Assembly (NCBI GenBank): GCA_013239625.1 | Contig: MU057349.1 | Span: 929,753 to 993,752 of the forward strand | Direction: 5' to 3' | DNA: 64,000 nucleotides | Source of the DNA: Lama guanicoe | Lineage: Eukaryota | In this document: in pieces, positions 26,451-39,752 of the stretch | Layout of the letters: every line of letters begins with the position of its first letter | Position numbering within the stretch: the stretch's first letter is position 1 | Made by a program: the position numbers and the translations under genes | Notes under the pieces: generated by a model | Told to the model about the DNA's origin: nothing | What the model saw: the letters and a program-made list of their open reading frames with translations, nothing else | Database searches by the model: none

Positions 26451-28925
26451 GCCTCCTCTCCTAACTAAAGAAGCAGCAGCCTCTCCCCGGGGCTTGTAGA
26501 GATGCCAGTCAGGCAGATCTTTCCCATGGCAGGGCCAGAGATACAGGCTCTGTGGGAACTTCTACCAAGAAATGGCAGATTGGTTTTATTTGCTACTCTC
26601 CACTTCCCTTCTCCTGTTTATGGGGTGGGGGAAGGAGGAGCACTGCCTTTTTAATAACTGTTACCCTCTTTTGGAACAACTTGTAGGATATCTGGGTTGT
26701 CAAGTTGGATTTGCTGAGTAAGGAGTGGAAGAGTGATAAAGAAGAAAACTTCTTTTTTGCCTTTGCAGTGACCTCTAGTCTTCCAGAGATTCATAACCTG
26801 CTGGACCAGAGATGATTGTAACATCTTGATCTAGTCCTGACCTTGCTTCACATGACCATCTCTTGCCAGACCATCCTGAACTGCCTGCGTCAAAACTTAG
26901 CTGCACGAAACTTAAGAAACAGGTGTTTCCTCCAGTACTCAGCCCCTGGGAGGCATCCTTTTTCTGCAGGGATTCCAGATACTTCCAACCAAAATGAGCT
27001 CTGAGTGGCAATTTCATATTATTACTTGGCTTTTATTTCTTGTTTCTTGGAATTCAAGATTCCTTTTGAGGACCTCCTAGCACTAGATTAGTTATTCCAG
27101 TGGTTTCTGCAGCCAATGAGGCTTTGTGGAACTTGAAATAACATGAGTTAACATATGTGATGTTGCAGATATTATGTTAAACCCTTTCAAACTTAGTTAA
27201 TTTTTATAACAAACCGATGAAGGTGTAGGGATTATTTTGGCTACATTTTGCAGTTGGAGTAACTGAAGCTAAGAAAGGATAAGTGTTTACAGACAGGAAA
27301 TAATGGTGCTGGAATTCTAACTCAGCTAATCTGACTATAGAAACTGTGCTTCTAACTGCTGTACTAAATTTTCTCCCCAAATTGATCCCTGCCATCTCTT
27401 TGTGCTTGAAATTACTGATTCATGTAAGTTGGTCCTAAAAGTCCCAAAGCTGGCTTTCTGATCCTCTGTGTGTACTTCTCCAGAAAGCTAAGCCAGCCCT
27501 CCAGAAGGGAAAGAAGCTCCTGACCGAACGGGCCATCTTTGATTCTGTTGCTAGTTAGTCCCCAAGGCTCTAGACGCCTGGTAATGGTCGAGAATTGAGC
27601 ACTGCTGTGCCTTTCATACCCACATCACTAAGTAATTCCATTCTCCACTTCAGTTTCTGTTGAATGCCTGCCTGCAGGAGTGTTGCTGCTCTTTCAAAAG
27701 ACCATTTGTCTTGAGAACAGTGGAGCCACTCAGCCCATCACTGATCCCTCTTCCTCTAGCTGCACCGGAAGACTGAATGCTCAACCTGAGATAACATGAC
27801 AACTGCTGAACCAACCCTGGTTTTATCTGGGAGCAGACTTCCTTGTGTGTGACCTGGCTGTGAGCTTCATGAAGACGTGAATTGTGTCTGGTTCCCTGTG
27901 GCATCCCAGCACTAAGCCAAGTGCTCGGTATATTCACTTGGCCCTTCCTTTTCACAGATGCAGAACCCATGAGTTCAGGGGGCTGAATGTGTTAAGTAAA
28001 TTCTTGTTGAATGATCAGATTGTGCACTACCCTGTGTACATACCTTATGGGGAAACTCAGCTGTCTGTGTGGTAGTAATGCTCTTAGGCCATTGTCAGTG
28101 CCCCTAGACACCGTGGAGGAACACCAAGTAACGAAAAGGCCCCTGCTTCCCTATTGACTCAGAAATGCCATTCTGCACCCACTCCGTGGGAAGGGTTTGG
28201 GTTTAATGCCCATCCCGTAAAGCCTAGCCCTTGTCATGACCAGAGGTAGGTACTTAGGAGATTTCAAGGCTGTCAGCTAGTGGCGACCGCACTTAAGTGG
28301 TGGAAAAAGAAATTCTCCACATGCAGGAGATTTTAAGCACTAGCCTTGAGTGAAAAATGTTTTCTTTGGCAAAGTTCGTGAAGTCATCGTATTTCTGCCC
28401 TTCGTGCCTTTTTGTTTCTCTGAGGTCTTGTGTCCGTTCAATGAACTGGACCCCCTTCTCAACTAGGCCGTCAGGATTTTCAGGTTACCTTGTGGAATTC
28501 ATCTTGCTCTGTGCTCACAATGCTGACTCCCCAAAACTAAACAGAATTGTATGTTTTTGTGCAGATTTTTACAATATGCCTTGAGATTTTATCCTTATCC
28601 AGGACTCCTTTGTGCTTCATATAGGAATTGTGTGCAGTATTTCAAGGATGTGTTATCTTTGATTCTTCACCACTGCCTACACACACGCGCACACACACTT
28701 TCTCTGACCTGTTCTGTACAATTAGATTATTTCTGGCCAAGTGAAAAAGTGATGCAAAGACAATTTAAAAAATAATTTCTCTGCAGTGTGACACCTCGTT
28801 TAATTTGTTGATGAAGCTGTTACCATAAACTGTTAGCAAATACAGAATTCTTCATTCACTTCAAAGAGAAGCAAATACATGTACCCAGTGGTAAACAATC
28901 TCTGGTTTCTTTGTTATTTTTCCAG

Positions 28926-29039
28926 GCAAGAAAACTGATCAGTGACTTTGCCATTATCTTGTCCATTCTCATCTTCTGTGTAATAGATGCCCTGGTAGGT
29001 GTGGATACTCCAAAACTAATTGTGCCAAGTGAGTTCAAG
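28926..29039 (+). CDS. SLC4A4: SLC4A4 exon ~17 (114 nt): [38 protein letters not shown]
   Basis: Acceptor ttttttccag|GCA, donor AAG|gtaggt. Lies inside ORF 28911-29111. Confidence 0.97.
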
Positions 29040-30228
29040 GTAGGTGAACTTCTGTCTTTTGGTCATTCCTGGAACTCTTTGGTTTTCTTTCCTTTCCCCT
29101 GTTCTAGCTAGTTGTATCTCTCCTGAGTTTTGTACAATTATCCATGTCTTTATTTTTTAAATGGTCTCTTGCTATATGTGTATATCCATATTTTCTACTT
29201 CTTCTCTAAAATTAAATGCCTGACTAGGATCAAATACAAGACTCAAACTGTATTGATTTTCATTGAAAAATAACTTGTAGTACCATTATAAACTCTGCTT
29301 TGTATTTTTAGAATAATGGAAAATATCCAAAGGTTTTCAAACAATTTATAATCTTAATCTATATAATAATTCTAGGATACAGTGAAACTATTATCATTCT
29401 GATTTTATGGAGTTGAGATTAAAGTTTATAAAAATTAAGTAAGATATCCAAGTTTACATTACCAATTTGGTGCCTCTTCCTGCTACCAGACTACCTGCCG
29501 TATACACACATGTAAATATATAAAGTGCATTTTCATTATTACAAAGAATGTATAGGAAATATTTATTTTATAAACCTGTTGATCTTCGCAGGTCTAACGG
29601 GTAAAATTTACATCTCAGTCGCTCTTAAATATCCTTACCTAATTTTCCACTGTTAAAAGTCTTTCATTTATTTTCTAGAACACTCCTAACCCCTCTATCT
29701 CTGATACTTGCCAAGGAAAATTAAACTGACTGCTGTTTTAGCTCAATAACTACCAAATGAGAAAGGGATATCTATGTTATAGCAAACGAAATATTTTTTG
29801 CATTTTCTCTGCCATGCATATTTATTAGCAGAGATAAGTTCTCTTTTATTCAATTATTAGTTAAAAATTCATGGTGGTTTTGTAATTCCTTGCCTGCCTC
29901 ATTACTGAATATTACATTTGGGTTTTTCTTGTGGTTACCCCTTAAACTTCAATTACTTTCTTCCATCTTGAGTCCTTATCTTGGATCACCCTAAAGGGCA
30001 GAATGGCATTTGCTTCTTTTCATCAGCCTATATTCTTCATCTCCTTCATTTAAAACATTGCCTTAAAAATAACCTCTTTAAGGAAATTTTTGGTGAATAA
30101 CTTTCTTTGTCCAACCTATCAGTAAAACTTTCTATTTTTTAATATGTTGGCTCTCCAAGTATAAAAGATTTTTCACCAAGTAGTGTGTATGAATATTGTT
30201 TTGAAAAACATTTTCTCTCCTCTTCAAG

Positions 30229-30390
30229 CCAACAAGTCCAAACCGAGGATGGTTTGTTCCACCATTTGGAGGAAACCCCTGGTGGGTGTACCTTGCAGCT
30301 GCTATCCCTGCTTTGTTGGTCACCATTCTGATTTTCATGGACCAGCAAATCACAGCTGTGATTGTAAACAGGAAAGAACATAAACTCAAG
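30229..30390 (+). CDS. SLC4A4: SLC4A4 exon ~18 (162 nt): [54 protein letters not shown] (TM8)
   Basis: Acceptor tcctcttcaag|CCA, donor AAG|gtaaat. 54 codons. Contains the SLC4 signature IFMDQQIT. Confidence 0.97.
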
Positions 30391-32388
30391 GTAAATGTTC
30401 CTAATAATTAATGGTTATCATCGCCATCTACTTTCTTTGTAGCACTTGGAAATACTGATTCAAAGCCAACACAGTTTGGTTAGGAGTTCCATTATACCTA
30501 ATGTTCTTTAAGACTTCCGTGTCGTAGATCACCCTGAGCGGACACATCTTTACAATATAATACTTTTGGAGAACCTCCTGTAAACCTGAAAAAGTCATTT
30601 CAAATCATACTTCCTTCGTGGTGATTTTAATATGGTAACTACACTGATTTTAATGTGGTAACTGTCCTTAACCCAACAACAAATGCTTTTTCTGAAACTA
30701 TTGAGATAAAAATTTGGGTTTTCTTCTTTAACCTGTTGATTACGTGAGCTGTATTAATAGATTTTTTTATTGTTGAACCAACCTTGCAACCTGGTAGAAT
30801 ATAATTTCTTTTTTATACATTGTTGGATTTTGTTTGCTAATATATATATTATAATATATAATACAATAACACATACTACTAATATATATGTATTGGACTT
30901 TTGCATCTTAGTTTAAGAGTGACATTGCCTTGCAATTTTCCTTTCTTACAGTGTCCCTGTCTGATTGTGGTATTAGAAATATGCTCTCCTTATAAAATGA
31001 GCTGGAGAGTATTTCTGCACATGTTCCACTACCATTCTCTAGAGTAGAATATTCTCTTTATTATGTATAACATGTCAAATAGCTTTTCTTTAAATGATTA
31101 GATATGTTGTAAAACTATCTGGGCCAGGTGGTTCCTGTGTAGAACTTGTAAAATGGTGATCAGAATGTTTTAACGGTTATAAAAAAATTCAGAATTTCTG
31201 TTTTTCAATTGTAGTAACATACTTTTTCTAGGTTTTTTCATTTCTGTTACATTTTAAAATTTGTTGACATGTTTATAATACTATCATTTATAATGAATGT
31301 AATCTGAATCTGTTGTTTTTCCCTTTAAATTCCTAAAATTATTGATTTGTACTTCTTATTTCTCTTGATCAATCAAGCCTGTGGTTTGCTGTTTTATTAT
31401 CTTTTAAGAGGCAATTTTTTACTATATTGATTTTCTATACTATGTCTTTGGTTTTTTGTTAGAATTTGCTTTGTTTTGAAGCCAAGTACTTTTAAGGACT
31501 TCTACATTGATATTTAGTTTATCTTTTTAGTGAATTGAACTTTTTTTGTGACTCTCTTTGTTCCTAGTCATGCTTTTTACCTTAAAGTTTATTTTATTTT
31601 GTATTAATAAAGCTGTGGTAACTTGCAGTTTTCATTTGCCTGGTATATAGTTTTTCATTCTGTTATTTTCAGTATACCTTGTGTCTTGTGTCTCTTTGTA
31701 AATAACACATGGTTGAACTTTTCTAAAAATCCATTTTTACAATCTTTGCTTTTAACCACAGTATTTAATACATTTAAATTGATGGTGATGACTGATAGAT
31801 CTGAATTAATTTTTACCACGTTTTTTGGCCTTCTATTTGTGTAACTTTCCCTGTGTTCTTTCTTTTTTTATTCTCTTTTATTGCCCTCTTTTAGGTTGAT
31901 GCAGTTTTATTTTTCTTATTTTCTGTTTTCTTATTTTTTTCTGTTAGTTTGGAAGTTATGTATTTTATCTCTTAGTGATTATGTTGCATATTTTAATATG
32001 CATTTATGAATTTTAAAGTTTGTGAGTATTTTTAGCCTTCTGAATAATCCTAAGGGCTAAAGAATGCTATAAGTTTAGTATTCCTTCCCAGATCATATGC
32101 TGTTATTACCCAGGTTTTATTGCTGTCTGGATTTTAAAATCCAATTAATTAGATGTGGTCTTTATTTTTAGGATTACATACAAGTTTACGTTTTTTTTTC
32201 TTTTCTTTTTCTTTTTTTTTTAATATATTTCAGACCTTCATTTTTAGACTGTTTTCCTTTAGACTGAATTATTTCCCTTAAACAGTACTTATTTATTAGA
32301 CTTTTGAAATTTCTTCCTGTGAGGGTCTTTGGGAGATAAACTCTCTCTTTTATATTTGCCTGAAAACGTTTCTCTCACCCTCATTCTT

Positions 32389-32553
32389 TTTTTTTTTTTA
32401 AACATTGTATTTATTGTCATATTATTTAATTATTTTATTTTGGTGGGAGGGAGGTAATTAGGTTTGTTTATTTTTAGTGGAGGTACTGGGGATTGAACCC
32501 AGGACCTCGTGCATGCTAAGCACATGCTCTACCACTTGAGCTATACCCTCCCC
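32389..32553 (-). mobile_element. tRNA-Ala-derived SINE, long form, nested in an old L1
   Basis: Perfect 17-bp TSD ctctcaccctcattctt at 32372-32388 and 32554-32570. B box GGTTCAATCC intact. Confidence 0.93.
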
Positions 32554-32716
32554 CTCTCACCCTCATTCTTAAAAGGTAATTTCTCTGTTTATATAATTTT
32601 AGGTTGAAAGCTATTTTTTTCCAGCACTTAGAAGCTATTACCATTATTTCTGACTTCCATAAAAGTGAACTCTCGGGATAATTCTCATTCTTTTGTAAGT
32701 GATCATCTCTCTCTCT

Positions 32717-32737
32717 TTTTTTTTTTTTTTTTTTTTT

Positions 32738-32772
<35 letters not shown>
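32717..32772. repeat. Poly-T tract (about 55 nt, one A)
   Basis: Seen directly. Confidence 0.95.
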
Positions 32773-32776
<4 letters not shown>

Positions 32777-33394
32777 ACTTGTGAAAGCATAAATTTCTTT
32801 TTTTGACTTGTTGGATTACTGGGCTTCCTGTATCTTCCTGTCTTTCATCAATTATGGAATTTTTTAAGTCCTTGACTTTTTCAATTTCTAATACATCCTC
32901 CTAGAATTCCAAGTAAATTTTTATAGTACATCCTTATCTTGTGGTCTGTTTATACTAGCCTGTTTTGTTTTGTTTTCTGTGGTTTATACATTTCCTACCT
33001 CTCAGTCTCCGTGTTGTATTTTAGGTAATATCTTCAGCTCTCTTTTTCTACTACTGTTGGTTTTATTCTCATATCAAACCATTCCATTGAATTTTTCCTT
33101 TCCAGAGTTATCTTTTTTATATTTAGAAGTTCTGTTTTGTTCTTTTCCAGATCTTCCTGTTCAGTTTTGATAGTCTCTAACTTCTTTATTACACTTTCAT
33201 ATACTTTTTTTGTATATATATTTGCTGTCTTTGCAGGTTTGATTCTGAACTTTGTTTTTTTTTTTTTTTTTGCTTTTTTTTTTTTTTTTGGCTTACTCTT
33301 TCTCCAAGTGTCTTTCTTCCTCATGTATTTAGTGCTTTTGTTTTTTAATTGTGAGCTAATAATCTTCCTATGAAATGCTTCAAACCCTTATTTT

Positions 33395-33910
33395 ATTTAT
33401 TCTTATGAAATATTTTTGATTATGGAAAGTTTTAACACATATAAAAGTAGACAGAATAGTATAACTCCAGTATTTATCACCCAGCTCTTACAATTAATCA
33501 CTCCAGCCCAATCTTGAATCATTTAAATCTCCATTATCTTATCCCCCTTCCTATAATACTTTGAAGTCAGTGCATACAACATTCCATAGCATCCATTAAT
33601 TTTGGAGTATGTATTTCTAAACATAAGATCTCTTTTGAAAAGCATGACCATAATACTGTTATCAGTCTAAAAGAAGTTAACAAAATTCCTTAATATCATC
33701 AAGTATCCAGTCAATATTTAAATTTATGAATATGCCGTGAATATAATAAACTTAAAAATATTTGTTTAAATCAGGATCCAAATACACTTCAAACACTATC
33801 TTAAATCTTTCATAAACTTTTAGTCTGTAGATTCTCCTCTCCATCAGTTTGTTTCTCCTTGTAATTTATCTGTTGAAGACTACCAGCTTGTTCTTCTGTT
33901 TATGGTTTCC
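33395..33910 (-). mobile_element. L1ME/MC-like 3' fragment
   Basis: ttatggaaagttttaacacatataaaagtagacagaatagtataac... Confidence 0.6.
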
Positions 33911-33911
33911 T

Positions 33912-34513
33912 GTATAACAGGCCACCTGACAACTTAGCAAATTCAGACAACAATTTATTATTATTGCTCCTGTTTCTTTGGGTTGACAGGGCTCAGATGG
34001 ATACTTCTTGAGGTTTCTCCTGCAGTTACAGTTAGACAGTGTCTGGGACCACTGTCCTCTGAAGTGTTGACCATGCTGATTGTCCAAGGACATCCAAGGC
34101 TTCTTCACTCACTCACTTGTCTCATATCTTGAAATTCTTTGCTGTGAGTGTCTGCCTGCCTACCTGTCACTCTCTCTCTCTCCACATGGTATTTCATCCT
34201 CCAGGATCTTTCCATGTGGCTTAGGCTTCTTGCAGCATGGCAGCTGGGTTATTTGTACTTGCTTTACAGCAGCTGACTGCCATGAATGAAGACATGAAAA
34301 ATGCTAGACCACTTCATGGTTATACCTGCAACTGGCACAGCTTCTTTACTTTGCCAGAGTCAATTGTTGAAAACAGACACAAGGCCATCCTTCATTCAAG
34401 GAGGTGAGGAAGGACTCCACTGTTTGATGGAGGAATGACAGTTTTACATTGTAGAAAAATACTGGGACAGGAGATATTTTTCCAGCCATCTTTGGAAAGT
34501 AAAATCTGCCACA
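33912..34513. mobile_element. MaLR LTR (old MLT1)
   Basis: aacaatttattattattgctcctgtttctttgggttgacagggctcag...cagccatctttggaaagtaaaatctgccaca. Confidence 0.7.
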
Positions 34514-37500
34514 TTGGTACTGAAGAATTTGCAATAGTCTAGATCGTGTTGATTTCTTCCCTAGAAGTTTGATTTCTTCCCTAGTTTTGATATTTTATAT
34601 CTATGTATATATTTTTTGAAGGCAAGACTAATTCGTAGACGTCTAGGACCACTTCACACTACATTTTTGGCTTAAGGCTTTTCAGATTGCAGAGGTAATA
34701 TGAATTCCAGCTCCAAACTCAGTTGTAGATACATGGTTAGGCATGTCTTTGGAGATTCTGTTTTTTTTTTTAATGGCATTACATCTAGTGGCAAGACCAA
34801 GAGTGGCATGTATCCCCACTATCTTTCTCCATAGGGTGGATCTTTTTCCTGATTGACCTACTGAGTCACATCCTCAGTATTTAGAGGATCCAATTCTTTT
34901 TCAGAAGGTGTCTCCCATCTGTACCCTTTATCCCATATCCCTAGGATTGGTCTTCGTCCTTTAGAATTCACATGGTCATTCTAATCCATGCCTTAGACCC
35001 CAAGGATACCATAGTCTTCCAGGCCCAGGCTCTAGGGTTTACTGATGTTGTAGATTTACTCTTTCTTGTTGCCATTATTTTTTGCTTCCAATTATTTCTC
35101 TTACTTTCTGGCAGATAAGCCATGATTTCTATGAGATATTTTCTGTATTTTTTTGAGCATTTTTAGATTTTCTATACTAGGAAGCATTTCCGAGTTGATT
35201 TAGTTTGAAAGGCTAGAAATAGATGTTGACTAATATATTTTATTCTGAACAATTTGGAAACATATTCTTACTTTTGTTATGTAGTTGGTCAGAGTTGCTT
35301 TGTGTCCTTGAAAGTAAATGCCTGTTCTTTTTCGCTCATTAAGTTTTCTTACTAATAAAATTCAGAATTTTGAGTTTAGCAAATTTGAGATTGATAAAAT
35401 ATTGAGATTTTATTCTTCTTTTCCAATGTAGAAAACATTGGAAAATCAAGGCATATTAGGATTTACCTCTTAAAACAAGAGTTGAGTATGTAAAAAATGC
35501 TTTCATCACTTTTGGAATTGCTTATTTGAAATCATTCCTTTGAATGACAATAGTTATAGAATAAATGCCAGTGTTTTGACACAAATCTAAAGACACCAGT
35601 GCAGATATCATCGCGAATCAAAGGCTTTTCACTCTGAATATTGTTTTGTTCAAACTTTGTTAGGAAAGGAGGCTGTGGAATGTGAAAATTGGAGATGCTG
35701 TCTAAAATTATAAAGGGCTCTGACTGCTATAAAATTGATTCAAAAAAGAAACCTGAAACAGTGAGAGAGATGGAGGCATTGTGATATTAAAAGAAGCATG
35801 TTTTTGGGTGGCATTTGCTTTGGCTGCATGTCAGATGGCCCTGACTGGCTGCCTGCTCTGTTTGGGATGGGATCCACCTTTCCACTCTGCAGAATAGCTC
35901 TGTGCTGATGAGGAACACCAAGGCACTTGGCTTTTTTTGGCCATCATTTTGGTTAGTTATGTCCCACATTATCCCTGCAGAGCACTCAAAAGCAAACCAG
36001 GTTCAGCAAGGTCACGACTTCCCCAAGGTCTTTCCCTGAGTCATTGCGGAGGCAGGAAGAGAGTCTGAGCTTCAGACTGGAAAGCAGGGGATGCTTCTCA
36101 CAAGGAAAGAGATTTTAAGTGTTACAGACAGGGTGTGGGAGGGAGAAGTAGCTTAGAATAGGTATCTAGAAATAGATATTAGGCAGTTGTAGCAATAAAT
36201 TTTCTCTGATACACTCTATGGCAGAGCCCTCAATTTGCATGTGTTCTCTTGGGTAACTCCAAAATGTGCCCTGTTTTAACGTTGCCTTTCTTTTCCTGCT
36301 ATCAGACCTTAGATCCGGTCCTTTTATTTCATGTCGAGACTGTTCTAATGGTTTAACCATGAGTTGACAACCAGTCTCTCTTGCTTTGTTCTAAATATTT
36401 TTTAAAGCATGGTTCTTAACATGTCAGTCACATATTTCTAAACCCTTGTATTTTTTCTAAAAGATATAAAGACCCTCTAAACCTTTTCTCCTTAAAGAAT
36501 GTCCATTTGCCCTGGCTTGGGATTTAAGCCTCTTTGTGATATAATGTCACCCTAAATTTAAAATGATTCTTTTCACATACTGTACAATGCCCTGGTCAAA
36601 TGAATTCCAATCTCCTCTCCATGCCTCAGTGATTACCACTTATCAAAATCTTCTCCATCCTTTAAGATCCTCCAGATAGAGACACTTGTCAGCGTAGCCT
36701 TCACTCATAATGTGATTACTATTGCTCTTATTTTTGCCCGGATTACATTTGTATTACTCTGTGGCATTGGTCACATAATGTCTTGCACAGTAGTTTTTTT
36801 GTGTAATTACCTATCTTTCTGGGCCAAAACATTTTGAAGAAAAGGACCCTGTTTCAGTCCTCTTTCCAGCTCCCGTGTGGCCCATCACAATGATTTCCAT
36901 AGGCAGACTTAGTAAATGCATACTGAAGAATTCTGTTATCTTGGGCCACGTGGTTCTCATAGTTGCTGTGCCATGTGAGATGCTTGAAGACCGCAGAGCA
37001 TGCCAGCCATCTCCAGTTCTCAGAGTGAGTGCTTACATTATTCAAAGCCCTGTTTAGATGTCATCACTGCAGGAAGTTCTTGTGGGTTCACACTAGGCAC
37101 AGTTAAACACTCTGTCCTCTTAGGTGTCTTTTTCAGGCCTCTTTGAATCTCTGTTTAGAGTATATTATAATCTGTGTACAAATCTGTGTCGCTTTCCTTG
37201 GTGGAAAGAACTATGCCATGGTTCTCAGCATCCCCATAAGCCAACTTGTCTGAATCACTCGGGGGAACTCCTAGCACGAATGTTTATTCTATGTCTGTGC
37301 ACATGTATGCACTGCTCCTGACCCCTTTCTTTCCATCCGTTTGCCAGAGGTAAACTTCAGGCTGTTAGGCTAGTCTCTCTCGTGGGTTTTGATTTCTGTG
37401 TATTTTATTCCTAACTGACTTGCATTCTGTATTAGCAGATTATATACAATATCAGAAGAAAGTTAAGTTTCACTCCCTATCCTTGTTCTTAAAATAATCT

Positions 37501-37840
37501 CCAGTTTCAGAAAGTAGAACATCCCTTGGATTTATATTCATGGAGACAAGGACTTTTATAAACTTTAAAGGACATACTTAACCTTCTGGACATCTATTGA
37601 GTCCTTGCTATGTATGGAACGCTTGCGTTAGAGGTTGAAGATAAAAATTGTTCTACATTACGGTCTGTGCCCTGAGGTAGCTTAGTGCCTTTTCCCTGTT
37701 CATCACTTACATCCACCACCAGGTTGGAACTGACCTTGTCTTGTCTTCTGTGTGCCTTGTGTCTTACACATACAATAAGGTATTTGCTTCCATATCTGGC
37801 TTCAACTCAACTCTGTTATAAGGGCAGGTATTCTGTCTTA

Positions 37841-38269
37841 TTTTTTTTTAATTTTTTATTGAAGTATAGTTGATTTAAAATGTTGTATTAGTTTCTGGTG
37901 TACAACATAGTGATTCAGTTACACACATATATATTCTTTTTCATATTATTTGTTATTATAGGTTATTACAACGGATTGAATATAGTTCCCTGTGCTATAC
38001 AGTAGGACTGTGTTTTTTTAATCTATTTTATATATAGTAGTTTGTATCTACTAATCCCAGACTCCTAATTTATACCTCCCCCACCTTTCCCCTTTGGTAA
38101 CCATAAAAGTTCACTTGTTTTTTTTTAGATTCCACAGATAAGTGATATCACTGTGATATTTGTCTTTCTCTGTCTGACTTACTTCACTTAGTATGATGAT
38201 CTCTAGGTCCATCCACATTGCTGCAAATGGCATTATCTCATTCTTTTTTATGGCTGAGTAGTATTCCAT
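37841..38269 (-). mobile_element. L1 3' end inserted into an L2 tail
   Basis: ORF 38111-38461 contains MEYYSAIKKNEIMPFAAMWMDLEIIILSEVSQTEKDKY (ORF2 C-terminus). Poly-T start. tgtctta on both flanks. Confidence 0.92.
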
Positions 38270-38499
38270 TGTCTTACTCACTGTTTTATCTAACACAAGG
38301 CCTAGCATAGAATAGGTGTTCAATGAATGTTTATTCAAAAATAGTTTTCCAAGCAAAGATATGAGCAAATGCAAAGACCCCAGGGTTGGCAGGAGCTTGG
38401 TGTTTTGAGGAACTGGAAAGAGGTCAGTGTGACTGGAATTTAGGGAAATTAGTGGATTCAAGATAAGGTCAGTGAGAGTGGGGCCACATCACTGTAGAA

Positions 38500-38719
38500 C
38501 TAAGGCTCTCAGCCTCTCCGCATTATTGACATTTTGAATCAGTCTTTGTTGGTCGTGACTGTTCTGAGTATTGTAGTCTGTTTAGCAGCATCTCTGGCCT
38601 CTATCTGCTAGATGCCAGTCTCACCCCCTCCCCCCGAAGTTGTCACGACCGAAAATGTCTCCAGACATCACCACTTGTCCCTGAGGGTTGGGGGGAATAG
38701 TTCTGGAAAGAAACACTAG
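38500..38719. mobile_element. MER20-like hAT MITE nested in L2
   Basis: tttagcagcatctctggcctctatctgctagatgccag...aaaatgtctccagacatcacca. tgtagaa direct repeats on both flanks. Confidence 0.85.
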
Positions 38720-39639
38720 TGTAGAACTTTATGGATGATTTTACAGTGCTTAGGTTTTATTCTAAGTCAAATGAGAAGCCACTGGAGAGTTTTGATCAGG
38801 GAAGTGCCATGTAATGATTGAGATTTTAAAAAGATTGCTCTTTTTAAAAGTCTGGAGAATGGGATGTCAGGGACAAGATTGAAGCAGGGGCTTCTGTGGC
38901 TACAGTGGCCTTGAGGGCGGAGAGTTGCTGGGTGGATATGGAGGAAGCAGGGGAGCTCGAGCTGGACCTTGAAGGGACAGGATGGATTTAAACAAATGGC
39001 AAGATGGGAAAACAGAGTACAGGTTTGAAGAGTGGTGCATAACGTGCAAGGCATGTTTAGGGAATGGTACCGTTTCTGGAATCCTTCAGGGCCCCCATCA
39101 CAGACTCAAATGCGTGAGCCTCAGCGTGGGAAGCTGGGCTTGTCAGGACCTGCTCTGTCCTGCCTGGCCTCCTCCTCTCTCACTGGCCTCCCCTGATCCC
39201 TTGACATTCCAGTCTGGATGGATGGCTTCAGAGCCCCGCTTTAGGCATTTCCTCTGGCAGCAGTAAGGATGGATGGGGGAGCTGCAAGAGAGGAGGCGGG
39301 TGGAAGGAGCAGTCAGGCGGCCTCTGTATGATCCAGGAGACGATGAGAGGAATCTGAAAAAGGCAGTGGCAGTAGGGAGCAGGGATAAGGAACAAAAGGT
39401 TTCACATGATATTACAGAAAAATGCTGTTTCTTTGTATTTCTTAGATTATTATTTCCATTAGGAAGTGCCAACTATCTGAATATTATTTTCATTCCATTC
39501 AGATCTACTTATTCAGATACTTTTAGCTAAAAGATCTCATAAGTGGCTTATCTTCATATGTATAGATTTGTTTTGCAGGAATGACTTTTTTAACACAGCC
39601 ATTCGAGTTCTGGGGTCTTTATGGCACTAGTTAGTTGCA

Positions 39640-39643
<4 letters not shown>

Positions 39644-39674
<31 letters not shown>

Positions 39675-39752
39675 GAGGAGGCTCTGGGGATTGAACCCAG
39701 GACTTCGTGCGTGCGAAGCATGTACTGTACCCCTGAGCTATACCCACCCCAC
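39644..39752 (-). mobile_element. tRNA-Ala-derived SINE, short form with long A tail
   Basis: About 30 T followed by ggaggaggctctggggattgaacccaggac...tgagctataccc. Confidence 0.88.

Larger units (their letters stand above)
30683..33370 (-). mobile_element. Old degenerate L1M (ORF2/ORF1 region)
   Basis: aaatgctttttctgaaactattgagata...ttggattttgtttgctaata. T-rich throughout. ORF 33034-33324 is Lys/Glu-rich like ORF1. Carries a nested SINE and a poly-T. Confidence 0.75.

Noticed and set aside
34549-34584. Direct repeat ttgatttcttccctag x2 (and similar short repeats) as CRISPR-like array
   Set aside because: Only two units, no spacer series, eukaryotic intron; a simple slippage duplication.
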